Positions 26,416 to 38,696 of a stretch of 64,000 nucleotides of DNA are shown here, piece after piece. The notes beneath the pieces are model-generated. The model was not told where the DNA came from. It made no database searches and was given only the letters and a program-made list of their open reading frames with translations. The position numbers and the translations under genes are program-made. Origin of the DNA: Bigelowiella natans CCMP2755 (taxonomy: Eukaryota; Protista; Cercozoa); assembly GCA_000320545.1 (NCBI GenBank), contig ADNK01000150.1, positions 62,001 to 126,000 on the forward strand, in the 5' to 3' direction. Position 1 is the stretch's first letter; every line of letters begins with the position of its first letter.

Positions 26416-27830
26416 GTGATGCATCGCGTTTATCTAACCTTCGTTGATTTGTAGATACGGACAAACACCACAGGCGTTAGCACGACAAAGAACGCTAGCG
26501 ATATCCACGCGCTTGTAGCGATAAGGCCGTCATGAAGACCCACAGGTCCACCAGCTAGTGCACAGACCCTTATAGGTATTACGTTTATATCATCAAAGGC
26601 TTATAGTATGAACGGTGATAGTGTGCTCATGATATTTTGCTGTATACCAGTATGCTGCAATCATTGCTATTCTATTGCGAGTGGGTGTTGAATCTCGTGT
26701 TGTTTCCGTTCACTTTCGTACCCTATTAGAACAGTCTGTGGGAACCAGGCAGCATCTGGGGCCGAGCGCTCTTTGGCTGCAAGCAGCAGGAAGCTCGCCG
26801 TGACCGCCACCTGGGCGATGCAGCCCTACCAGTCAAATTGTTCGATGGAAGTAAGTGAAGAGAAGACAAAATGAAGACCTCATTCGTAAGATGAATCTCT
26901 GCACAGGTTAATGATTACGGCGCCTAATTTTCTCTATTACCGCATATAGGAAGGCCTGAGCTACGACAAGCCCCCCGTCAGCGGTAAGAAGCTGCCTCGC
27001 TTTTGCTGTGATAAGCAGCACAGATGCTGGCCATACCTTTTTGATGATTTCGAGGAGATGATCAAAGAATAATGGCATCAGTGCTGCTGATGCTGCTTCA
27101 TACGATGCGCATGAAAATCCAATTACTTAATGTAGATCGACATAAATGCTCAGCGATTCGCCTTTCAACCTGGCCTGCCAAGGCTGTAGAGCTTGTCACT
27201 GCCTCCTGTACAGTCGACTTGGTATGAAAAACGAATCTGTACAAGTGAGAAGACATATACACCATCTGGATCAAGATACGAGAACTTTTTGAAAAAAATA
27301 TTTATGTCTTGTAGTTCTGCATAGTTGCAGAGATACGACCTGAGAAAGTAAGCACCCAACGTGGCTACAGATAAGAAGAGGCATAGTGTAGCGAAGCCTT
27401 CAAGTACTTCTTCTACCTCCCTGCTCGCACTTAAAACCCTCTTTACGTTGAGGAACACATCAGCTGCACCTGAAAGGACAAGGGATCTGAGGCGGCAGGT
27501 TTTCAATCCAGGCAGTGAACACTCATTTCACGGTACTTATTCATAAATGCCAGAACTGATACCTATCAGCCCTAGGGAGAAGCCGCACATATCCGCCGGG
27601 ATCCGACGAAGGGGTTGAGAGAGCATCCCCGTCGTGGCGCGAGGCTGTGGCCAGTCGGTTGATATTCGGGAAGTGGGTGCACAATGTCTTCAGCACTTCC
27701 TTTCCTCCACATCTTCCTTCCTTGCTTCTTTTCTGAAATTAATCAACATCCATCGAATGCCTTAGATTCCCTAGTGCGACTGAGTTGCATCCAAGTCGCA
27801 GCAGGCCTTTTTTTATCACGCATAATCTTC
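25240..27830 (-). CDS. SLAC1/TehA (TDT family) anion channel-like multi-pass membrane protein; start approximate
   Basis: Several TM exons. FFSPQFAATTFP resembles the TDT F..xWxAxTFP motif, and PDAAWFPQTV..AGGPVG resembles the P.W..PxVG..AG motif. Confidence 0.6.
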
Positions 27831-28080
27831 CCCAGGGCTCGGAAACGGGTCGATCTACGAGTATTGTTATTTGGCCAGCCAAGCAGAGAAAACACAGGGG
27901 ATTTTTTCCCCAGATCTGGAAATCCTGCTGCTGGTGTGTTTGTTGTTGTTATTGTTGCTCGCCAGCAGCAAGGAATAAGTGAGTTTTCTACGAAATATCT
28001 GGTATAAAAATACGACTATACGGTATAGTTCGTGGGACTGATTAGCAAACAGGAACGGAGGGAGGGGGATGAGAGGTCGA

Positions 28081-29054
28081 ATGGCTCTGCAGCCGCGGCT
28101 GCTCATCAGGTCAATTGGGAATGAAACATAAGAAACAGATTATAGGAGCAATACGTTCATATGGAGTGCACAGCTCTTGAGTCACCATGGAAATAACGAG
28201 TATGTCTTGAATGCTCTGGTGTTGTTACCAGGCCGTCGAGGAGGCAGTTTTCGCTGCGCCACGCCAGCGAACAAATCCTCGTCCGCGAAAACAACTGCTT
28301 CGTCGCATACTACCAAGATTTTCTACCCGGCTGGAGGAAGCTGTTCTCGCTGCTGCGTGATCAAGTGCCCTGGCAGCGAGAAACAGATGACTTCGGTCCC
28401 CAGCAACGCCTTTCGTACTACATGGGCGACCCTGACTGCACGTTCAGATACGTAGGGCTTAGCTTAGAACCAAATCCATGGCTTCGCGAGATGGAAAACG
28501 TGCGGGGAGTGGCCGAGCGTCTCGTGGCAAGAGTGTTGAAGAGAGAGGGACTCTTTGGACACCAAGGACGGCTACAGGAAGAAGACAACCCGAGAATCCT
28601 TACAGGATGTCTTCTGAACAACTATGAGGAAGGTGGAAGTTTCATCCCCTGGCACTTCGATGAGGTAAGAGCTCATGGAGATTCCAAGGTAGTAATGTCT
28701 CTCTCCTTAGGCGGACCACGCAGGTTCGACCTGCGCCGAAGAAGACAGTCGTTACACAGTGACAGAGAGATAAGAAGCGACAATGCAGTAGACCCTCATG
28801 ACGATAAAAAAGAAGAAGAAGATATATCTCTTCTACTACAGCCAGGGTCGGTGTTGCTCATGGCAGGCAACACCCAAGAGCACTGGCTACACCAGCTTCC
28901 CGACATAACGGGGGAACCGAAACCCCATCGAATATCTCTAACTTTCAGAAGTATAGTTCCCGGCTATGAGCATAATAGAAAACACCAGCACCATAGGCAG
29001 ATCGGCAAAGGAGCTGAAAAGATGGATAGCTGCACATCTTCAGTAGACAACTGA
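28081..29054 (+). CDS. AlkB-like 2OG-Fe(II) dioxygenase (ALKBH2/3-like), one intron
   Basis: CLLNNYEEG, PWHFDE (HxD), MSLSLGGPRRF, GSVLLMAG..QEHWLHQLP, RISLTFR. Exon 1 MALQPRLLI joins the exon at about 28231 in phase. Confidence 0.85.
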
Positions 29055-29059
29055 TCGTC

Positions 29060-29850
29060 TTCCCGGAGGATCGTGCATATTCGCAGACACAACAGCATGC
29101 ATCTACCGATATTTTCAAAAATTGCCAAACAAAAATGAAGAATGATATTGTAAGATCAAGCTCACGCGTCTGTTGTGATGAATACTAATTGTGAAGCCTG
29201 TGGGCGCACACGCTGAACATAATACGTATGGTATAAACGTGCATAGCATGCATGTTAAATGGATTTTTCTGGCTAGGGTGTAGCTTCGGCTTTGTACTGC
29301 CCCACACCTATATGCCGATGGTGTTGCCATCACAACACCATAATAATTTATGTATTGGCAAAAATTGTGATATAGTGACATAATTTGAGGACTGCGCACA
29401 ATGCTAGCATGTGGACTGTGGACTGCTGTGTGGTATCACATCTAGACATGACACGTTTACGCTAGCTAGCATAGCTAGATGAGGCCACAGCTTTTATTAG
29501 TTGGTTTGCTACATACTAGACATGAACAGCACACGCCTAGATTGCCCATGTACAGTGCAACTTTGCATGGCACCATGTGTACATGCTTATGACTCAGGAT
29601 TCTCCAGCCATGGCCATCATTGTGGCTACATTCATGCTAGCATGCAGGAGTGTATTGATGAGCATGATCGCGAGTACTAGTACTTGCACGAAGCTTCGGC
29701 ACTTGATGATCTAGATGAGATATCAATGACTTTGATGGTGATGACGATTACACGCGCGAGAAGCTTATTAATGACGAACATAGCGATAGCTCTCCATTCG
29801 AACACGTTTGCGTGCACATACAGCGCGCCTGTCAGCCGTTATGTGAGTTG
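29060..29850. other. CTAG/CATG-rich spacer island (convergent AlkB / CWF19L1-like)
   Basis: catctagacatg at 29439, gctagctagcatagctagatg, many catg. Confidence 0.65.
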
Positions 29851-29871
29851 TTGTATGTGTGAGATATGTCG

Positions 29872-31067
29872 CTATTCATTCTTTGGGCCTCTCCTTTTCT
29901 TCGGACGTTGGGCGTAATAGATAGAATCTTTTTTCTTCCTCTTTGTTGCCACAGGTTTTTTCACCTCGTCGCTGGATTCTTTGGGCTGGGTTTTTTCTAC
30001 CGAACACAACCTCCCGTCAGATTTTCTCAGATAAATTTATCGTGAAATTTTCATTGAAAACCAAAAAAAAAGTTTTTAAGGGTCCCTTTTTTCCTTGTTT
30101 CGCTTCCCCAACGAAAGATTTTATTCACATGTAGCTTCACATACCTTTCCTTAGACAAGGAGGCGCTGGAGCTTGGCACTTCCGCATGTTGCACTGCTTA
30201 TTTTGCCTAAGATGCATTAAGATGGGGAAACGACGATGAAATAAATTTTCAAAGACACCTCAGAAACTTCCAATTCGTGTTGGGAAAAAGTGAAAAAGGA
30301 GGGCAGAGCAGAGCAGGAAACAAGCAATTTAACACCCTCCTCCCTTCCCACGCTGTGTCATCATCATTGTTGTACGTACTCATCATGGACATGAACAACT
30401 CCTCGGCTAGCGGCGCATCATCACTACTACTACTACTACTACTACTACTGCTACCTCGCGTAGTTGACATTGCCACAGAATGCACACTTCCATCTACCGT
30501 CCTCGTAGACCTCATGTACTTTCAGAAGCCCTGTCGGCAGGAACGAGGAGGAGGAAGAGGAGGAGGAGGATGAAATGGATGATGAGGAGGATTAAGATAA
30601 AAAACGCGAAATCAGGACGGGAGAGTAATGACAATGAATGGAGCTACTACTCCGGTACCGTTATGGAATACAGATGCGTTCTTCTCTCCCTCCGGTGCCC
30701 TGCTCACTGTAGGTGCCGCCTACGTTATTATTACTTAGCTATCGACATCGTTGTTAGATCCGCCGCTAGTTGCGCGAGAGGAATAAGAAGCACCACGAAA
30801 GCACCATGAAAACATCAAACGGAACAGGAACCCGCCGGCCCGCTCTCTCCCTTATTTGTGATTCATTTACGGCAAACAGCATCTGCTCTCAGCCGTATTT
30901 TCTTCAGCTTAGATAGTTTCATCACCTTAGGCCCTGTGGTTCCCTTGCCTCCATCCTCTCCCCCCCCCGCCCCTGAAGAGGAAGCCTCCTCTTCCTTCTT
31001 CTCGTCGGCGTCAAAAGGATTTGCCTCGGCCTAGGAAGGGGGGAAGGTTACCGATAGGTTTATACGT

Positions 31068-31102
<35 letters not shown>

Positions 31103-31137
31103 CCTCTCTCACATACACACACACAAAAGCACACATT

Positions 31138-31175
<38 letters not shown>

Positions 31176-31226
31176 CGTGTGTATGTGTCTGTATGTGCAT
31201 GGGAATGTTTATGGTATGCGAGTGTT

Positions 31227-31263
<37 letters not shown>

Positions 31264-31458
31264 CATGTCAGACATAGCATTCATTCACTCAGTAGTACTT
31301 CTTTGTGCATAGTCTTAAGCTCCGAATCTGCCATGCTTGCGACAGGGACCTATTAATGATGATGATAATGATGATGATGATGATCATCATCATGGAGAGG
31401 CATGCAGATCTACCGTATATAAATGGTGCATAAACGCGCGCGCGCGCGCACACACACA

Positions 31459-31499
<41 letters not shown>

Positions 31500-31618
31500 T
31501 TAGGCATATGCATACATTAACATTTATTTTATTGAATTTGTTTACAATGCTGAAAGCCTTCATACTCTTTTGCCTGATAAAACACACACACACACACACA
31601 CATACTCACAACCTGAAA

Positions 31619-31657
<39 letters not shown>

Positions 31658-32989
31658 ATAAATGTGCACACATAAAACTAAATACTTGATACACAGACGC
31701 TTGTTTTGTTTTGTTCGTACTTCTCTTTGTTTCCAATGCCGGCGAGCGCGTAGAAACGGGTGCTGTGGACACGGTTTCTGTTCACAGCCAACAGGCAGCA
31801 GCAGCAGCAGCATAGAATCATCCCATCATCATCATCATCATAATCGCCGTGCCGAAGTCCGATTGTTTCTCTTCTTCTTCTTCTTCTTCTTCTTCTTCTT
31901 CTTCTTCTACTTTTCCTTCCCTGAAAGTAGTGGTAGTAGTAGTAGTAGTAGTAGTAGTACCTATAGGGAGAGAGCGTGTAGTACAAATCGTGCGAGCCAA
32001 CGAAGTGATAGCGCGTAGCAATTCCTCCAACAAGTGCCCCCACCGCAGGTGACCCTTGCAGCAGTAGCAGCAGTAGCAGGAGGAGGAGTAGAAGGAGGAG
32101 GAGCAGCAGCAGCAACACCGACGCAATGCGAAGCGGGTCATGATAATGATGATGATAATGATGATAGTGGAGAGGAGGAGGAGGAGCTTACTATGCTCTC
32201 TCACAAGAAGAAGAAGAACAAGAAGAAGAAGATGAAGTTGAAGAAAGTAACCGACGATTTCGTGACTAATATCTCTCGTCGTTTCATGATTTAAAGCCAC
32301 TTGTTATTGTACACAGGCCAGCAAAAGCAAGCGAGCAAGAAGAACGCTATGATCAAAACTATTGACCGCCCCCGCCCCCATCCTCTTCCTTTATTCGCTA
32401 CCTAAAGTCTCCCTCGCTTCAGGGGTGGAGAGGCTCTCCGGAAGATCTGGAAGAGGGAACTTTTCGTCGAACTGTGGCCTACAACGCGGAGCGGGAGGGG
32501 GGGGTAGATACGAGGTAAGCACGGTGCAGTATCGACGAAAGATGGGGATGGAGAGGTCTGCTTTAAAATATAGGAAGAGGGAAATGACGATCGATCCTCT
32601 CTCTATCTATCTCTCGATCTCCTGTCGCCATCACAGCAGCAAGCAGCCGATGGCCACACATAAGTGTCCTCGCCATGGGCACACATGATGTTCGTTCATG
32701 GTGTTGGTGATAATCATCAGCGCGAAGTCCGTATTCCTCTAGCATTAGATTCCTGTTTTATGGGTTGTATATCTTCGTACCACTCGGACGTAAGGAGCAG
32801 ATCGACTCCTGAGGGAAGGGATGTGATTTATCAGATGATGATGGCTGATTAACTAGTCGATGATGATGGCGGGGGCAAGGGGTGTCACCGCGGTCGTTTC
32901 GTGATAGCATTATAGTATTTTCCCTAGTGTTTGTGAATGGATGGTGGTGGTGGTGCTAGTAGAAATAATAGTAGTCGCAGTAGGGATGG

Positions 32990-33021
<32 letters not shown>

Positions 33022-33167
33022 CAAGAGACCTTTTCGGAGAGGTGAGTTTGCAGGAACAATATCAGGATCTCCCTGTAGCAGCAGTAAGAACGGATCGTTG
33101 CGGAGCGTGGATTAGCGTAGAAAGCGCGAGGAAGAAGGGGGGAGGATCCAGGAAAGAAACGACATGG

Positions 33168-33213
<46 letters not shown>

Positions 33214-33339
33214 TATTATAGCAAGAGTCTTTTGTTACTGTCTGCGTGAAGTGTAAGCACTGACGACGAAGACAAACACACATACATACCCCGGCGTTAT
33301 CGAGCAGATCATCAAGGTGGTCATCGCAGTACCTACCAT

Positions 33340-33371
<32 letters not shown>

Positions 33372-33436
33372 ATGCAGATCACGCACCAACAACACCGTGA
33401 ATTCAAACACACACATAGAGAGAGAAAGAGAGAGAG

Positions 33437-33480
<44 letters not shown>

Positions 33481-33870
33481 GAACCAAAAAAATTATGATA
33501 GGATAGAGAGAAATCTGAGCGAATTGACAACTGCTTTCTGGTGCGTATCGTGGAGTATCAGTACTGCTAGCAGGAGCATTACCACGTGTTGTAAGGTTTC
33601 AAATGCTCTTCATAGTCCTAATAATGTAGGATATCACTCAAATCAAGTCAAAGCAGTACAAGAGGTGGAACAGATGAACGCTTTGTCTTCCCCCCCCTCT
33701 CTCTTTCTCTCTCTCTCCCTCCTTCCCTCTCCGCCCCTTCTTTCTCCGCCACACCGCTAATTGACTGACTGACAAACTCACTGACCGGGGGGTTCATAAA
33801 GTATTCAGGCGAGAATCTTCCCGACAAGAACGCCACGCTCAAACCGGCGATATCGACGCGACCCTGAGTG

Positions 33871-33912
<42 letters not shown>

Positions 33913-34063
33913 TCTATAATATGTTGTAATTCATAACGGGTGGGTGGAGAAAGGAGAAGAGACTCGTCTCTTGTTATTAGATGGTGCTGCTATTAGTTTC
34001 GGCTGCTTTATGAAAGGGAAGGAGATGGTGGTGATGACGAAGAAGGAGAAGGAGAAGATGAAA

Positions 34064-34102
<39 letters not shown>

Positions 34103-35893
34103 AATGACGGCAAAATCATCATTCGTTCTGATAAGCATACCTGCCGTCCTAGAAACGAAAGATTTTCTGCCAGCTTCAGCACTCTCGCAGGCTGTGCAGT
34201 CGTCTTCTCGTTCATTTCTTTCTTCTCCGTTTTTCCTCCCCCCTCACTGTCATCGCTGCCGAAGACCCCATTAAGTTGATATTTGCATCCATCCAAGATT
34301 AAACAAAGAAAGAAAACCGACAGTCAAACAGACGAACGCACAACTATTAGACACTAATTACTCTCTTTCTTTCTTTCTTTCTTTCTTTTGGTGCTGCTTC
34401 TTCTTTCCATGCCCCCCATAGTGTTGCCCCTCCTCCGTTCATCAACTACCTACCAACCGACCTCATGCGAAGAAGCTCGGTAGCAGCCTCCCCCGTTTCC
34501 TTGATTCAGAGTCAAATATTTTCCATCTCATCAAACTAAAGATTGAATGATGCGACTGCGAAGAATCGCTAAAGAACGGCTATACGAACATGCTTGCGGC
34601 TTCATCTCGTATCATCCGCAGACGGAGCTGCACTTATCCACAGCTATGATATGTTTTGGTAACTACAAGACAGGGAAAGAGAGGAATCGAAAGAAGGAAG
34701 ACCTTCCCACCGATGAAATACGTGGGTATTGGTATATTCTTTGTTCCTTCCAGATAGCTGATAAACAGAGGTAGCAAATTATATTGGTATTGCACACCTT
34801 GCGTCTAATATTTCCTCCCTCCCTCTCTCTCTCTCCTGTCGTTTACCCCCCCCCCCCCCCTTCTCGCTGTACATGGTGTGGGGATGTGTCGTTGTATGTT
34901 TGGCTGCTAATCCATGTTGACTTACGGGCGAAGCTCTTCCACGTGGCCGTCTTCACTAGGAGCAAAGAAGTCGCCGACACAGAACAAAGCTTCGAATGGC
35001 CCCACGCGCTCCTACGGCCGAGGTGTGGGTCAAGCCCAAAAGCAACAGCGAACGACAACAACGACGATGTCAGCAACCACCACCTCCGTACATGAAAAAA
35101 TTGCATAGAGAGGCAGAAACCACCTTCCAAAATTGAAAAAGGAAGATTGTGACAATTTCATATGATTGTACTGTTTCTTTCCATGAAAACATACATAAGT
35201 TTTGAAGAGGAAAAGAATTAGCCCCCCCCCCTCTTTCTCTTTTCATATAGGACAGGTGAGAACCTGAAACTTCTTCGCCCGTGCAAATAATACATTAAAT
35301 TGTCTACATAGAATGAACAGACAATGATCAGAATGTCACTATCATCATTTGCACCATCATCCACACAGGATGACATTTATTCATACCCACCCCCGTACAT
35401 CTCCACAGACGAGAATTTTGACAGGGTCCGATCTGACCGTCGGCGTTGTCTCAGCTTGCGTAAAGCCCGCCATCGTCGTATTGGCCTTGCTCTCTGCATA
35501 GCCAGAAGACAAAAAAACAAAAGACGTGTGAGTATATCGGTTTGAGAGTGTGTTTGTGTTTGTGTGTATGCATACACATTATCGCCATGATATGTATACT
35601 CATCATTCATTACCGTCTTGCTCGTGGGGGATTTTAGGTTTCTTGAAGTATGTCATGTATTTCTTATAGTCCCCTTCTTCTTCTCCTTGTTGTGCTCCGG
35701 CTGCTGCACCATCTTTTGACTCTTTACTTTCTGTCGTAGCGACGGACTTTGAAGTTGCTTCATCCTTCTTTTCTCTAGAGGATCCATCATCTTCAGCCCC
35801 ACCCGCGGGGACGCTATCATTGTTGGCGCCATCCTGCGTGTCTTCACCATCTTTTGGATGTGCATTGCTGCTCAATGCCTCTTCTTCGCTCAT
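29872..35893 (-). CDS. CWF19L1/Drn1-like metallophosphoesterase-fold protein with C-terminal RanBP2-type zinc finger (more than 20 small exons)
   Basis: Exons read VKILVCGDVRG|QFNVLFARAKKFQ|ERVGPFEALFCVGDFF, IPIPTYFIGG, LAENLSFLGR, GVDLLLTSEW, RYHFVGSHDLYYTLSPYR, HSTRFYALAGIGN. These are followed by DGRWKCAFCGNVNYAR|QNKQCNMRKC and a basic tail ending at 29872. Confidence 0.8.
31070..31660. repeat. Dense compound microsatellites (CT, CA, AG, TG, GAT, CG, TA) in CWF19L1-like introns
   Basis: Direct reading. Confidence 0.9.
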
Positions 35894-36738
35894 CCGAGCG
35901 CTTGACCTAATGAATGCAAGCCCCCCGTCGTTCGAGGTACGTATTGGTTTTGTCTTGAATTGAAAGCTACCATCTTCTTCATCCTGAGAGGGGAAAAAGA
36001 AAAAAAGGGGCACGTTGGGGGCGGCAGCAGCAAAACCCGCAAAATGCGGCACACACATTGTGAGATAAAACACACTGCTTTCCAATCTTTTATCCCAACG
36101 TTCTCAGAAAGAAGCAGTACATCGTTTTTGATATGTTTCCATGTTCACCGAACAAACCTCATCTCCTCCAAAGCTGAGGCTGCTGAGGCCCTGCCGCTGC
36201 TTGGAGCGCGTTTTCTCTCTCTTCTTCTTCTTCTTCTTCTTCTGAACCAAACGCAACAGCATCAATGAGCGAGGTCACTCCCTCAAGGATATTAGAAGGC
36301 TTAGGCCGATGTGCACGGCTAGTTTCTGCCCGCTAGAGGGCGACGGAATGACTCCATACTTACTCGGCGGCGGCGCTCGTCGGCGTCGTACGGGGGCATG
36401 GGTCTTCTAGGCGCTTGAGAGCTGCTGTTCAAAATTTAAACCGAATATTACCGAGGAGGTAAGTACGAGGCTTTCATTGATTATCACGCCAACGAAGCAT
36501 GTCGTAGGGCAAGAACAGGATTTTATCCTGGCGGTTTTATATCCGTAAAATATCCTACATTTATCAACAACGACAACAATGGAGCACCGATCTCGACCAC
36601 TGATCGGGATCAGTTCGCCAACCCCCCCTCCCCCACTCGCCAATGGCTCAGTGCCGCTGTAGGACCTGACTCCACCACGTCGTGGGATTGGAAGAAAAGA
36701 AATACGAGGGCAACCAAAAAAAAACCGAAAGATCACGC

Positions 36739-37596
36739 ATGGCGCACGCCATTGCCCCCTGCATTATTATCCTTGTCATATCCTTCTCAGGAGCTACCAG
36801 CCTTCGCACGAGATATCAGCCGCATTGGAGGAGGCATCAGAGCATTGTAAAGTCGAAGCTCTTCAGATCGAACTTTCACCTTAGGCTATCAACGGATTTT
36901 ACAGCACTAAATACTAGGACTATCCCCGCAGCCATCGTTTCCAGAGCCGGGTTTGGGGGAAAGAGTAACCAACAAAACTCTCGGAGTGGACGAAGAGAGC
37001 AACGAGCTACTGAGGGAGAGGAAGACGGGACATCATCGTCTTTATCAAAGAGAGAGCGACGACGAGAAAGAAATAGAGAATGGCGAGCTGAAAGACAGCG
37101 AGAAAGGGAAGTGTGGCGAACGCGAATAGAAGGAAAATACCTAGCAACATTTCCTCGTGACCGTGAGCTGTGCATAATTGTCGACGGGAACAATGTAATG
37201 GGAATATCTCCAGAAAAGGGCTTATCAAAGAACGAGCTCCTGAAAAAGATGACAAGATTTGTGAACGACGACTTGCTGATGTCCCGGGCGGATGTCATCC
37301 TGGTTTTTGATTCTCGGGGGCCAAAGTCAATCGAGCGTAATGGTAGAATGGAAGTTCTTTTCTGCGGAAAAGGTGTGCTTGCTGACGATGTGATTGTGGA
37401 CTGCGTGGAAGATGAATTGGAGCTTCACTGCTCGCATTTAGTAGTGGTCGTAACTTCGGATGTGGAGCTTGGATTCCGATCCGTGCAAAAAGGAGCACAC
37501 TATATAATGAAAAGCGATTCATTTTATAAGTTGATGGATGCCCCGGAGAATACCTGTCCACCTTCTTCGCCGAATCTACCAGGAGGGCATGTCTAA
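36739..37596 (+). CDS. YacP/Rae1-like NYN-domain ribonuclease with signal peptide and transit-like region, intronless
   Basis: IIVDGNN, LVFDS, ADDVI and VVTSDVEL carry the four NYN aspartates. The N-terminus is MAHAIAPCIIILVISFSGATS. Confidence 0.8.
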   Translation: MAHAIAPCIIILVISFSGATSLRTRYQPHWRRHQSIVKSKLFRSNFHLRLSTDFTALNTRTIPAAIVSRAGFGGKSNQQNSRSGRREQRATEGEEDGTSSSLSKRERRRERNREWRAERQREREVWRTRIEGKYLATFPRDRELCIIVDGNNVMGISPEKGLSKNELLKKMTRFVNDDLLMSRADVILVFDSRGPKSIERNGRMEVLFCGKGVLADDVIVDCVEDELELHCSHLVVVVTSDVELGFRSVQKGAHYIMKSDSFYKLMDAPENTCPPSSPNLPGGHV

Positions 37597-37599
37597 TCG

Positions 37600-38100
37600 A
37601 AATTTTGGGGCGCGTATGTACTAGTAAATTGGAATAGTTACGTTCCCGATGATCAACAACTCGCAGACATCGCATAATTATAGAGTTATGCGTATGCTAT
37701 GTGAACTGCTCATGTAATCCTAGAAGTACGTTCAACACGTTGCACGGTGCAAGCACCATCCTGTAAATAGCGGGTATACATGCACGGTTATTACCCGAAT
37801 CTCAGTCATTATTGCGCGCGATCGCATCCAAAATTAAGACTGCCGAGCGCCGTCTATGTCGTCTAGCAGCATTAGCACTTGCATGCTTGGCAATTGGCCA
37901 CGTCACATGTGCTAGATGTTTGTGTTACGTGTACAATATTGCATCGCAGCATGGACGAAAGTGAACGCCTCACAGCGTAGCGGCGTGCAGGCTTTGTAAG
38001 TCTTCATTTTGTGTTTTACTGATACACTCCCTTGCAGTACATCACTAAATTGACTTGTAGTAATCACATTCTTACTTGTCAATCCGTGCGCCGGCGCGTG
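37600..38100. other. CTAG/CATG-rich spacer island (convergent NYN / golgin)
   Basis: gtctagcagc, gcatgc, cacatgtgctagatg. Confidence 0.5.
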
Positions 38101-38127
38101 CGTTTCTGAGTACTCAACAGTTTGCTC

Positions 38128-38294
38128 CTACAAGAAATTGAGCGAGAAGAATCCAGAACCTTCAGTTCTCTTCTTTTTTATTCTCTCAATTTCTTGTTCT
38201 GAGAGTTTAAGGACCGTCGCAACGACAGGAAGGAGGGATTCCTGACACATCATAGTGTGTAGAAGAGGCCGAGTTAGATCGGCATATACACATT

Positions 38295-38325
<31 letters not shown>

Positions 38326-38610
38326 AACAACCTGCTCGCTCACGTTCTCCATATACTTCACGAAGATGTTCTTCTTGTATTCGATCTGATTTCACATCAT
38401 CCCAGGTATTAACAATAAGGTACGGTGCTGATTCATAGTAGCGGTGAGAGATGGAGCAGGTGCGCATACATGACCTCGCCGGATTCTGCTCTTGCAATAG
38501 AGCGTTCCAATTCATCGACACGCTCTAATAGCTCCTTCTCGCGGTCACGTAGCCTGATGAAGAGGAAGGATATGATGATGATGATGACAAGGATGGTGAT
38601 AATGTTGATG

Positions 38611-38648
<38 letters not shown>

Positions 38649-38664
38649 CTCTTTCTGATACAAT

Positions 38665-38696
<32 letters not shown>

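Noticed and set aside
38190-38215. Suspected frameshift in the last GRIP exon
   Set aside because: On re-reading, the frame is continuous: VLKLSEQEIERIKK
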